Of a stretch of DNA of 51,360 nt, positions 17,863 through 27,294 are shown in pieces. The stretch is from assembly GCA_029882335.1 (NCBI GenBank), contig JAOUKW010000001.1, forward strand, positions 1 to 51,360, read 5' to 3'. The notes under the pieces were generated by a model that was given only the letters and a program-made list of their open reading frames with translations, was not told where the DNA came from and made no database searches. The position numbers and the translations under genes are program-made. The DNA comes from Candidatus Heimdallarchaeota archaeon. GTDB lineage: Archaea; Asgardarchaeota; Heimdallarchaeia; Heimdallarchaeales; Kariarchaeaceae. Within the stretch, counting starts at the first letter, position 1. Each line of letters starts with the position of its first letter.

Positions 17863-17937
17863 CGAGCCCGGTGGGATTTGAACCCACGACCTCTTGCTTA
17901 GAAGGCAAGCGTTCTATCCATGCTGAGCTACGGGCTC
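17863..17937 (-). tRNA. tRNA-Arg (anticodon UCU)
   Basis: The reverse complement folds as a cloverleaf: acceptor GAGCCCG/CGGGCTC, anticodon stem CTTGC/GCAAG with loop CTTCTAA, T arm GTGGG-TTCAAAT-CCCAC. No intron and no encoded CCA. Confidence 0.9.
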
Positions 17938-18025
17938 TCTTAACCTTATTAATTATTTAGTAATTAGAAACTTATTGTTATTAACCCAAACTCATTTTTA
18001 ATTTAGTAAAATAATTTGAAATTTA

Positions 18026-20080
18026 TTAGAATTTTATTATATTTTTATTCTTTGTTTTATATTTTACGTATATAATAACTAGAATTACAATGGATGAAAT
18101 TAAAGCTATAGAATTTGATAACGATATTTCTTGATATTTTGGCAGTAATAAAGTTAAATTATATGTTGGTGAGTTTTCGATAATAATGAAACTTAATAAT
18201 ATAGGGATCTCTGTATTTTTCCAGTTTTCATCATATATTTCTAATATTTCATTTGTTTTATTAAATCTATATTTTTGTAATATATCTCCATAAATAAGAA
18301 TTAATCCAATACTAAAATTTGAAATATAAAATAGTGTAAAATTCAATAAACAGGTAGATTTAGAGGTTCGTTCTGGATTCACAAAAATGTTCGGTATAAA
18401 TTCATTGATGATTAGTGTAAGTGAAAAGGATAATGGAACAAATCCTATTGATGAAGCATTGATAAATAACTCATGTTGTCCTGTTGAATATTGACCCGGT
18501 ATATACACGAAATAATTAATGTATTCTGATAATAGAGAATCGTTTTCATACACTTTAATATTCGTAGCATTATGAGAAATAGAAGATGTTGTATTAATGA
18601 AGGTTATCGGAACAATTGAGGTTACCTCGGGATCTAAAAGTATATTTGTATCCATGGCTAATTCAGCTGGAGATAAATGCAAGAAGTCTATATAATTAAG
18701 TACTGAACCATCAGTAAAGTAAACATGTACCGTAAAATTGCCTTTATTCCATAATTGTGGAAGGAAAATAAATGAATTCGTTAAATATGATTGAGAGATA
18801 AAATCTATAGATTGATTTAATTTTACATACAGTATCGAATAATTTGATAATATTCTTATGTCATATCGTTTACCCTGTATTGGTTTTGATGTTTGAACTT
18901 GTATTATATTATTTATATTAAATTTCAGAGTAATTTGAAGTCGAATGTATTTTGTTTCATTAGATTGTAATATTATCTTATTTCCTAAATTCGTAATTTC
19001 CAAACTGGAGTTATAATCTACAGAGATAATTGTAAAATTTTCTTTAAAAACATAAATATTGTAGGCATGATCTATGATTAGATCAATTTTTTCTAGAGCT
19101 ATTTCATTTGGATTGTAATCTGAATTGAAACTATATGAAGATCTAAGAGGAAATACTAATATCCAATCTATATAAATAATATAATACAAAGTAATATTAA
19201 CAATCAGTAAATTATATACTTCAAAAGTATAGGTTGAATTGGTAATTAAATATTCTTGATTGTTAATCTTTGCATTCACTTGACTTACCTGGCTTATGAG
19301 GGAGAAACTGCTAAAAGATAATTCCATAGAATAATTCTGTTGCTGAGCACTGACATCTAAAATTATTGAATTCAAAATAGAAGGAGTTTGATAAATACTA
19401 CTAGTTGAAAATATAGAGATTGGGATATTGAGTAGTTTATATGTGTCCAAAAAAAATGTAATTATTTCTGTTTGATTATATTGAATTTGAAATGCATTAT
19501 TTTGAATCAATTCAAGAGAATAAATCAAAGTATCAAATTCAAACATCAATCTAATTCTAGAACTTGGAGATGTGAAGTTGATATTATGAATTAATTTTGA
19601 AATATTTAATTGTAAAATATCTGTAGGGTTTATAGATAAATGGATATTATTAACAAAGAGATTAGAATTGGATCCGTTATTTATTAAAAATGTCATTACT
19701 CCTTGATTAGAATAAGTATGGATTGTATTAGATGAAAATATCCAATTTTCAAAATCTTGAATATAATTTTTCATCTTATCATAATACAATTTCTTAGGTA
19801 TTATGTTTAAAGTTGCATTGTTAATATTATTTAAAACAAATGGATGGTCAGAATCGATTCTTGTGTTATTATTCCTAATTTCTTTTTCATAGTTAATTAC
19901 GGTATTATTTTCATCACTATCACTATATTGATTAATACTACTTTTTTGCGAATTATTTAAGAAATGTAAATTACCATTAATATTGGTATTATAATAATTA
20001 TTGTCTGGATTTGTCAATGATGAAGGTATCGGATTTACTAAAATAATAATTAAAACTATGGATAAACTTTGAATTTTCAA
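18026..20080 (-). CDS. Large secreted or surface-anchored Asn-rich protein, probable N-glycoprotein
   Basis: N-terminal signal-like hydrophobic segment (MKIQSLSIVLIIILVNPI), C-terminal TM anchor plus basic tail (ALISSIVILVIIYVKYKTKNK), and at least about 25 N-x-S/T sequons by eye. No recognisable catalytic motif. Confidence 0.55.
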   Translation of the reverse strand: MKIQSLSIVLIIILVNPIPSSLTNPDNNYYNTNINGNLHFLNNSQKSSINQYSDSDENNTVINYEKEIRNNNTRIDSDHPFVLNNINNATLNIIPKKLYYDKMKNYIQDFENWIFSSNTIHTYSNQGVMTFLINNGSNSNLFVNNIHLSINPTDILQLNISKLIHNINFTSPSSRIRLMFEFDTLIYSLELIQNNAFQIQYNQTEIITFFLDTYKLLNIPISIFSTSSIYQTPSILNSIILDVSAQQQNYSMELSFSSFSLISQVSQVNAKINNQEYLITNSTYTFEVYNLLIVNITLYYIIYIDWILVFPLRSSYSFNSDYNPNEIALEKIDLIIDHAYNIYVFKENFTIISVDYNSSLEITNLGNKIILQSNETKYIRLQITLKFNINNIIQVQTSKPIQGKRYDIRILSNYSILYVKLNQSIDFISQSYLTNSFIFLPQLWNKGNFTVHVYFTDGSVLNYIDFLHLSPAELAMDTNILLDPEVTSIVPITFINTTSSISHNATNIKVYENDSLLSEYINYFVYIPGQYSTGQHELFINASSIGFVPLSFSLTLIINEFIPNIFVNPERTSKSTCLLNFTLFYISNFSIGLILIYGDILQKYRFNKTNEILEIYDENWKNTEIPILLSFIIIENSPTYNLTLLLPKYQEISLSNSIALISSIVILVIIYVKYKTKNKNIIKF

Positions 20081-20121
20081 TATTTATTATGGTGATTACT
20101 ACATTTAAACTTCTTATAGAA

Positions 20122-20207
20122 TGGCAAGAGAGGGATTTGAACCCTCGCGTGCGGGTGCACACATGCTCTCAAGGCATGCCTCTTGGACCAGACTTGAGTA
20201 CCTTGCC
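20122..20207 (-). tRNA. tRNA-Ser (anticodon UGA), long variable arm
   Basis: Reverse complement: acceptor GGCAAGG/TCTTGCC, anticodon stem CATGC/GCATG with loop CTTGAGA, variable arm stem GTGC/GCAC, T arm GAGGG-TTCAAAT-CCCTC. Confidence 0.9.
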
Positions 20208-20256
20208 TTAATTTAAATTTAAATTAAATGCTTATTTATATTTATATTGTGTTCAC

Positions 20257-21564
20257 TTATGAATTATCTAAAATTTCTAATAAATTTCCTTTGAAATACG
20301 TAGCATTTGATTCAACTATTTTTACTATACCTCTTTTTCCTAAGAGTTCATCATGATCTTCAACAACTATTGGTTTATATGCAAAATTTCTTGATTGTAT
20401 TCCTCCTTTTATTCCCATTTCGGTGAAAATTACCTCTCCTTTCCAACCTAACCATTTTTTATTTTCATCTAACTGAATTTCATTACATAACAACGCAAGT
20501 TCCTTGGATCTTCGATTTATTTCTGTTCTTTCTATTTGCTTTAATTTAGATGCTGGTGTATTTTTTCTTTTCCAAAATTTGGAAATATTAGTTATTGAAG
20601 GTTTAGTTCTTTTGATGGCTGCGATTGTTTCATCAAATTCACTATCTGTTTCAGTTGGGTAACCACAAATGATATCAGTAGCTAAAGTATAGTTGCTAAA
20701 ATTTTCCTTAAATATATCTGTAATTTGATAGAATTCAGCTACAGTATAACCTCGTTTCATATGTTTGAGGATTCGATCACTCCCTGACTGGAGTGGTAAA
20801 TGAAGAAATTTATATACATTATCTTCTTGAAATTGCATCACCAAATCATTCAGGAATTTAATAAAATTATTTGGATTCCCCATTCCTACTCGAATTTTTA
20901 ATTTTCTATCAATTTTATTTATTTCTTCTAAGAGGCTAGCTAAATTTGTTTTGTTGTCAAATCCCCAACAACCTGTATCTTGGCTTGTTAACCAGATTTC
21001 TTTGGCGTTTGAACTTCTAATAGATTGAATTATACTATCTTGAGAAAATGATCTTAAATGGCCTCTTGCGAACTTAGTAGCACAAAATGAACAATTATTT
21101 ACACATCCCTCATTAATTTGAACAATTTGAATATATGGATTCCATGAGTTTGATTCTAATAATGGTTTCTCGATTGAATTAATATTGCTAAATAATGGTA
21201 ATATTATGTTTTCATTAAATAATAGGTTTTTATTTTCAAATTTTGTAGACCCATCAATACCTATTATATTTGCTTTTGGATATCGCTTTTTTAATGAGAT
21301 ATAGTTTGTTTCAGCTAAACAACCGGTAATATATATTTCTTTATCATCAGAATATGTTTTATCAATAGTATCAATTATTTTATTTTCTGTTGGAGTTTTT
21401 ACAGTACAAGTATTAAAAACTAATAAATTTGCATTATCTATTTGATCTTTTGAAATCAATTGATAATCATTTTTTAATAATTTCGATTCAATAATTTGAC
21501 TATCTTTTTGATTATGGGTACAACCCCAAGTGACAACTACTGCTTTTTTCTTTTTATTTGTCAA
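20257..21564 (-). CDS. Radical-SAM methylthiotransferase, MiaB/MtaB (CDKAL1-like) family
   Basis: N-terminal MTTase domain TWGCTHNQKDS, radical SAM cluster CVNNCSFC (CxxxCxxC), C-terminal TRAM-like region. Confidence 0.8.
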   Translation of the reverse strand: MTNKKKKAVVVTWGCTHNQKDSQIIESKLLKNDYQLISKDQIDNANLLVFNTCTVKTPTENKIIDTIDKTYSDDKEIYITGCLAETNYISLKKRYPKANIIGIDGSTKFENKNLLFNENIILPLFSNINSIEKPLLESNSWNPYIQIVQINEGCVNNCSFCATKFARGHLRSFSQDSIIQSIRSSNAKEIWLTSQDTGCWGFDNKTNLASLLEEINKIDRKLKIRVGMGNPNNFIKFLNDLVMQFQEDNVYKFLHLPLQSGSDRILKHMKRGYTVAEFYQITDIFKENFSNYTLATDIICGYPTETDSEFDETIAAIKRTKPSITNISKFWKRKNTPASKLKQIERTEINRRSKELALLCNEIQLDENKKWLGWKGEVIFTEMGIKGGIQSRNFAYKPIVVEDHDELLGKRGIVKIVESNATYFKGNLLEILDNS

Positions 21565-21787
21565 TATATAAATAATTGTTCCAAAGTACTAAAATATAGT
21601 TATAGAAACTATTCTAATCAATAATGATTGAAAAACAAAGTATCCAATAATTATCTGATGATTAGTTTTAGTAAAATCTATATCATATTTTGAAGATATA
21701 ATTTTTCGATTATCCTAGAAGAAAAGTCTTTTTTTTTTAGATGCTCTTTCCATTATTTTATTATGTTTTAATTACTATGAATTAATT

Positions 21788-23422
21788 GTGGTTAATCTTA
21801 CAAAGTATCCTAATCCGGGACGGATTTTCTCTTACAATAGAAATCAGTGGTTAATTGATAACATTTTGAGAGCAAAGGTTCCAATTCACATTTTTACTTC
21901 AACTAGAGATTCACAAATAGGGCAATTATTGATTTCATTAGAAAATATCAGAATTAAAAAAATTAGGGAAGGGGAAGACATTAAATCAATATTAAGTGAT
22001 TCAAATAGAGAAAACTTTATTCCAGTATTGCAATTGTATAATCAATTTGAGTCGTTCTTTAAGAATAATGATTTGGAAATTAAAAAGTTTTTTGAGGAGT
22101 TTATAAATTTAGAAACTGGTAAGAATTTTAAAAATTCACTCAGTGAATTTTCAAAATGGTATCTTTCAATTTCAGATGAAGATTTAAAACACTATTTTAC
22201 ACTATGTTATGATTTGATTCATAAATTTCTATTTCCTAAATTGATTGGTGAACTTAAGTGTAAGGATATTGAAGAATTATTAAATAAGCATGTATCCGAG
22301 GAAAATAATGTTTTGGAATTATTGAATAGACTTGTTGATGTAGATTTATTGAATGCATTATCTTCTGATGAGCTACAAACTCATCCTGAAAATTCTGATT
22401 TTAGAACATATAAAAATTCTGAAGGAGAAGTAATTAATTTAAGTTATAACGAAATAATATCAAATACAACTACATTAATGACACTATTTTTAGAATTTAT
22501 AAGAAGAAATGAATCAAAAACAACAGAATTGGATCTTACTTATCTTCCTTCATTAATAATTTTAGATATGGTAATGCTTGCCCCTAGAGTTGATAAATCA
22601 AACATACCTGCAATTAAATATCATTTTAATTTGTTAAAGGATATTTTACCAGATACACCAAAGCATTTTTGGGATATATTAACTACATCATATCAAATTA
22701 GTAGTCATATTTTGGAAACAAATAGTAGATTGTTACAAAAATTATATACAAATCTTGAAAAAACACATAAAGTAGCAATAAAAAACTTTTGGAAAGATAT
22801 TGCATTAACTATGAATACACCTGAAAAACTTGAAAATTTGGAAATATTACTTCCTGTAATTTGGAGTCATTACCGCATTTTCCAATCAATAGCCCAAAAT
22901 TTAAGTTACAAATATCCTGAGAAAAATGAATATAAAAGATCAATTGATGTGTTATTTCGACTCGAACATATATTTTGGACAAATGGTAAGATGTATCTCG
23001 AAAATGAAAATATTAATAGTTCCATTCAATTTTGGTGCTCTTATAGTTCAATCGCTAACAAAAGAGTTAGATCTACTAAAGATAATCAACAGTTATTTAC
23101 AGAACTAAATAATTTGCTAAAAAGATTTAAAATTCTAACTAATAAAACTCAGAGAAAAAAAATTGATGTTAACATTATAGATCAACATTCAATATTACAA
23201 AGAATATTGTCATATGGATTAGATTCAGATGATTCAACTTTAAGAAAGGATTTATTAAATTATGCAGATTTATTCAAAAAATTGATAGATGAAATCGCGA
23301 ATGAAGAAGAGTATAAAACTTATTTCTCTGTTAAAGATGAAAAGAAAGCAATTAAGGCAATATACTCTTTAATCGATCTACGTTATCCTCCTACTACAAA
23401 AATGAAAACTATGAAAAATTAA
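21788..23422 (+). CDS. Hypothetical helical protein (544 aa)
   Basis: Long uninterrupted ORF in a stop-rich background with a GTG start (start uncertain). Predicted mostly alpha-helical; no motif recognised. Confidence 0.45.
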   Translation: MVNLTKYPNPGRIFSYNRNQWLIDNILRAKVPIHIFTSTRDSQIGQLLISLENIRIKKIREGEDIKSILSDSNRENFIPVLQLYNQFESFFKNNDLEIKKFFEEFINLETGKNFKNSLSEFSKWYLSISDEDLKHYFTLCYDLIHKFLFPKLIGELKCKDIEELLNKHVSEENNVLELLNRLVDVDLLNALSSDELQTHPENSDFRTYKNSEGEVINLSYNEIISNTTTLMTLFLEFIRRNESKTTELDLTYLPSLIILDMVMLAPRVDKSNIPAIKYHFNLLKDILPDTPKHFWDILTTSYQISSHILETNSRLLQKLYTNLEKTHKVAIKNFWKDIALTMNTPEKLENLEILLPVIWSHYRIFQSIAQNLSYKYPEKNEYKRSIDVLFRLEHIFWTNGKMYLENENINSSIQFWCSYSSIANKRVRSTKDNQQLFTELNNLLKRFKILTNKTQRKKIDVNIIDQHSILQRILSYGLDSDDSTLRKDLLNYADLFKKLIDEIANEEEYKTYFSVKDEKKAIKAIYSLIDLRYPPTTKMKTMKN

Positions 23423-24018
23423 TTTTCAATTATATAATTGCTTAAGAAATAAGACAAAGAAGTCCATAAATCAAGCGAGTTATTGGATAATGATACTAAT
23501 TCACATTCATTTGGTAAAGATGTTTTAAAATTCCCTCTAGGAAATCCTCCAAAAATAAACGTTTTAGATTTGTAATCACTCTTACTTATTTTTCTTCCAT
23601 TTTTTGAAAATGCTATTGATGGTGTTGAAAAATCACCGATACTAAATGAAACTGGTTTAATTAAATTTTCCTTATATTTATTACTTAAAATTCCCTCCAA
23701 AATTCCGTAAAATCTCGTTTGGTCTCTTGGTAATCTAATATTTGAAGAAACTTCATAGATTGTATCTTTAATTGAAAAGTAAATTGACATGTTTGGAATA
23801 AAATTGACATAACCTAGAATTGTAAGCAAGCCGAAATGTAATATATCAGGTCTATCAAATCTATCATATAATGGGATATTTTTCAAGAGATGCTGATGTG
23901 ATGAAGCATTTTTAAGTGGTAATCTCTTAAATTTTGTAAGATATTTTTTTATAGCTTCTGATTTATTCCAATCGATAGGTACCAATTCGATGAAGCTATC
24001 CAAAATAATTATATTCAT
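23419..24018 (-). CDS. nep1: Nep1/Emg1-like SPOUT rRNA (pseudouridine-N1) methyltransferase
   Basis: DRPDILHFGLLTILG matches the conserved Nep1 RPDIxHxxLL motif. The size (199 aa) and the C-terminal knot-region pattern also fit. Confidence 0.6.
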   Translation of the reverse strand: MNIIILDSFIELVPIDWNKSEAIKKYLTKFKRLPLKNASSHQHLLKNIPLYDRFDRPDILHFGLLTILGYVNFIPNMSIYFSIKDTIYEVSSNIRLPRDQTRFYGILEGILSNKYKENLIKPVSFSIGDFSTPSIAFSKNGRKISKSDYKSKTFIFGGFPRGNFKTSLPNECELVSLSNNSLDLWTSLSYFLSNYIIEN

Positions 24019-24087
24019 CTTAATTTTATTTTACTTCCTGCTGTTGATTAAAATATTTGATTCAAATATAGGAGTTTAATAAAGAAA

Positions 24088-24984
24088 ATGAAAATATTTA
24101 GTATGTTTGAATCTACTATATCTGATGAAAATGTTGTCATAATTCGTACATTGGAGTGTGATATGTGTCAAAGATTTGATTCCATTCAATTATCTCTGGA
24201 TGAATTTTATACCAGAATTAACGCAAATAGTCTAAAGATCGGAATTCAAAATATTCCTCATGGTGACCATGTACGGATTTCATATTTTGATGAGAATAAG
24301 AAATACCTAGGTGATACTATATCATTAAATATAAAATCAGAAACCTCTTTGAAGGTAGGAAACACAATTCCAAATTTTAATATAAATACAAAAAAAACAA
24401 ATTCTTCAAATAAAAAATTGTTAAATATGTTCATAAAGAAGACTCATTCCATTAGTATTCTAGGGCCTTCATTAGCGGGTAAAACGTCATTATCAATTTA
24501 TATGGAATCTGGCAAACCTGAAAAGATCTTTTATCGTTTTCATTATTCACCAACTATGGGTAAATCCATAAAACATCTAAAAATTGGTAATAGTAACCTT
24601 AAGATAACTGATTTAGGTGGTCAAAAATCATTTTGGAAACTATGGAAGGAAGAAGTTGAAGAATCAGATAAACTGATATTCATCATTGATGTTACTGCAA
24701 ATAATAAAGATGAAATAATAGAATCTCTAAAAATAATTCTCAAATATAGATATCATGAAAATCAACCAATCTTAATATTATTAAACAAATATGATCTCAT
24801 TTTGGAGGGTTATACAAACAATATCGTTGCAATTGATGAGATATTTAATCAATTAGATCTATATCAAATAAATAATATTTGGATAATCAAATCGTCAATA
24901 CTGAATGGAGTTGCGTATGATTATGTTGAAGATAATCAAGAATCTAATTTAGGTGATGTAATACTAGATTATTTAGAAATTTAA
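24088..24984 (+). CDS. Arf/Sar-like small GTPase with the N-terminal CxxC...HxDH module (paralog of 13644-14516)
   Basis: G1 GPSLAGKTS, G2 PTMG, G3/interswitch DLGGQKSFWKLW, G4 NKYD. The N-terminal module VVIIRTLECDMCQRFD...HGDHVRISYFDENKKYLGDTISLN is collinear with the paralog. Confidence 0.75.
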   Translation: MKIFSMFESTISDENVVIIRTLECDMCQRFDSIQLSLDEFYTRINANSLKIGIQNIPHGDHVRISYFDENKKYLGDTISLNIKSETSLKVGNTIPNFNINTKKTNSSNKKLLNMFIKKTHSISILGPSLAGKTSLSIYMESGKPEKIFYRFHYSPTMGKSIKHLKIGNSNLKITDLGGQKSFWKLWKEEVEESDKLIFIIDVTANNKDEIIESLKIILKYRYHENQPILILLNKYDLILEGYTNNIVAIDEIFNQLDLYQINNIWIIKSSILNGVAYDYVEDNQESNLGDVILDYLEI

Positions 24985-25052
24985 TTTTTTTTATCCAAAT
25001 TATTAGATGAAGTTAAAGAAATACTAAATATCTTAAATGATATTGGATAAAT

Positions 25053-25493
25053 ATGAGTTGTACTATCCTACTTGTACTCGAAGAGGGATTTAATGATTTA
25101 TCTTTTTTAACGATTCAAACTTTATTAGAAGAAAATTCTCATGATATTATAATTTCATCAAGTAAAAGTGATGCAATAAAGGGTATTGAGTCTTCAGTAA
25201 TGACTGTATCACTTGATGATGCCTTGAATCATGAAATTGATTATAAAGCAATTATTTTGGTTGGAGGTAACAGTTTAAACAACTGGGATCTATTGAATGA
25301 AACTTTGAAGAAATTTTCAAATGAAAATAAATTAATTGGTGCGGTTGAAAACGGAGTATCCGTGTTACAAGAACTAGGTTTGTCAAATATTATTTCAACA
25401 GGGGATGATGTAATATTTGATAATTCCATTTTATCCTTGGGTAAACCCGAGAATATTGAAAATTTTGTTGAAAGATTGATTTCATTATTATAG
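25053..25493 (+). CDS. DJ-1/PfpI-like (class I glutamine amidotransferase fold) protein lacking the nucleophile Cys
   Basis: AIILVGG and KLIGAVENGVSVL resemble the DJ-1/PfpI strand-nucleophile elbow, but Glu/Asn replaces the Cys. Weak call. Confidence 0.3.
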   Translation: MSCTILLVLEEGFNDLSFLTIQTLLEENSHDIIISSSKSDAIKGIESSVMTVSLDDALNHEIDYKAIILVGGNSLNNWDLLNETLKKFSNENKLIGAVENGVSVLQELGLSNIISTGDDVIFDNSILSLGKPENIENFVERLISLL

Positions 25494-25497
25494 ATAC

Positions 25498-25797
25498 TTA
25501 GCATTCAGACATATATAAGATTAGAAATATTTCTTTCGTCTTATTTGCGACAGCACAGATTTCATCATCTCTATCTTCTGTTAAAATAAGAAATAGCTCA
25601 TTTTCAATTTCTTCAAAATGTTGTAGATTTAAAAAAATTTGTCTAATTATGTTTTTTATTTGATCCAATCCGTTTATTCGGGATATCTTCGGTGATAAAA
25701 TAATTCCATTTTGTATAAATAGCCCTGGAAAGAACCTATCAAAGTAATTAATTATAGGAAATAACTGAGATTTATCCATATTTTTCATGTTAAACAT
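25498..25797 (-). CDS. Small Roadblock/LC7 (MglB-like)-sized protein, tentative
   Basis: 99 aa. The hydrophobic periodicity suggests alpha-beta-beta-alpha-beta-beta-beta (LFIQNGIILS, long helix LDQIKNIIRQIFLNLQHF, ELFLILTE, ICAVAN, IFLILYMS). There is no strict sequence motif, so this is structural inference only. Confidence 0.3.
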   Translation of the reverse strand: MFNMKNMDKSQLFPIINYFDRFFPGLFIQNGIILSPKISRINGLDQIKNIIRQIFLNLQHFEEIENELFLILTEDRDDEICAVANKTKEIFLILYMSEC

Positions 25798-25890
25798 ATG
25801 CTATAAACTCGTTAGTAATTTAACTATATCTAGTAGTTATTTTATATTTCAACCATAAATCAAATAATATTCTCTACAAAAGGATTTATT

Positions 25891-27294
25891 ATGGAACAAT
25901 ATTCTGATATCGGTCTGATTGGATTAGCTGTAATGGGTCAAAATTTAGTTTTAAATATTAATGATAATGGTTATTCTGTCTCTGTATATAATAGAACACA
26001 TGAAAAAACAAAATCATTTATTAAAAATAATTCAGATAGAAAAACCATTTATGGTTTTGATGATGTTTCTTCATTTATCGACTCTCTAAAATCCCCTAAA
26101 TTAATCATCATGATGATAAAATCAGGTAAACCCGTTGATGATTTAATAGAGGAGCTCATACCATTATTAAAAGGAAATGATATCTTGATTGATGGAGGAA
26201 ATTCTTATTATAAAGATACTGAACGAAGAGAAATATATTCATCAACTTTTGGTATTCAGTATTTGGGAGTTGGAATTTCTGGAGGTGAAGAAGGTGCTAG
26301 ATTTGGGCCTTCTATTATGCCTGGTGGAAATATAGGAGCATGGAACATTGTAAAAAAAATTTTATTTGATATTTCTGCGAAAATTGAGGAAGAGCCGTGC
26401 TGTGCATTCATTGGTCGCGGTGGGTCTGGTCATTATGTCAAAATGGTTCATAATGGTATTGAATATGGTGATATGCAACTAATCAGTGAGATATACAATA
26501 TTATGAAAGTTGGGATGAATATACCCAATCCGGAGATGAGTAAAATATTTAATAATTGGAATAATGGAAAATTGAATTCATATTTAATTGAAATTACGTC
26601 GAAAATTTTGAATCATAAAGATGAAAATGGAAGTTTTGTTGTTGATTCTATATTAGATAAAGCAGAACAAAAAGGAACTGGAAGATGGACTGCTATTTCA
26701 AGTCTAGAATTCGGTATTCCATTAAATTTAATTACAGAATCAGTTTACCAAAGAAGTATTTCATCTCTTAAATCCCTACGAACAAATCTCTCTCAATTAT
26801 ATACTGAGGACACAGGAAAATTGGAACAAAATGATGATATTATCATTCATCTCCAGAACGCATTATATGTTTCTAAAATAATATCCTATAGTCAAGGGTT
26901 TCATCTTCTACGTGAAGCCTCTGAAAACTATAAATGGAATTTAAAATTTGATGAAATTGCATCAATTTGGAGAGGTGGTTGCATTATTAGATCTGGTTTT
27001 TTAAGTAAAATTTCTGATTCTTATAAAGAAAATCCTGAATTAGTACATTTATTTAGTTCTTCTAAATTTTATAATGAAATTTTAAATAATATTGAATCAT
27101 TACGATTGATCGTGACTACTGCTATAAATTTGAGAATACCTGTTCCCGGTCTTTGTTCAGCTTTAATGTATTTTGAATCAATAAAATCTAAAAAATTACC
27201 TGCTAATTTAATTCAAGCTCAAAGGGATTTCTTCGGAGCTCATGGATATCAAGATCTATCTACATTGATTTATACGCATACTAAATGGTATTAA
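25891..27294 (+). CDS. gnd: 6-phosphogluconate dehydrogenase, decarboxylating
   Basis: N-terminal Rossmann IGLIGLAVMGQNL and the 6PGD signature GHYVKMVHNGIEYGDMQLI. 467 aa, C-terminal FGAHGY-like tail. Confidence 0.9.
   Translation: MEQYSDIGLIGLAVMGQNLVLNINDNGYSVSVYNRTHEKTKSFIKNNSDRKTIYGFDDVSSFIDSLKSPKLIIMMIKSGKPVDDLIEELIPLLKGNDILIDGGNSYYKDTERREIYSSTFGIQYLGVGISGGEEGARFGPSIMPGGNIGAWNIVKKILFDISAKIEEEPCCAFIGRGGSGHYVKMVHNGIEYGDMQLISEIYNIMKVGMNIPNPEMSKIFNNWNNGKLNSYLIEITSKILNHKDENGSFVVDSILDKAEQKGTGRWTAISSLEFGIPLNLITESVYQRSISSLKSLRTNLSQLYTEDTGKLEQNDDIIIHLQNALYVSKIISYSQGFHLLREASENYKWNLKFDEIASIWRGGCIIRSGFLSKISDSYKENPELVHLFSSSKFYNEILNNIESLRLIVTTAINLRIPVPGLCSALMYFESIKSKKLPANLIQAQRDFFGAHGYQDLSTLIYTHTKWY

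Noticed and set aside
21640-21730. Possible C/D-box sRNA (ctgatgatt C-box-like sequence at about 21655)
   Set aside because: There is no downstream CUGA D box, no terminal stem and no C'/D' pair. TGATGA is expected by chance in this composition.
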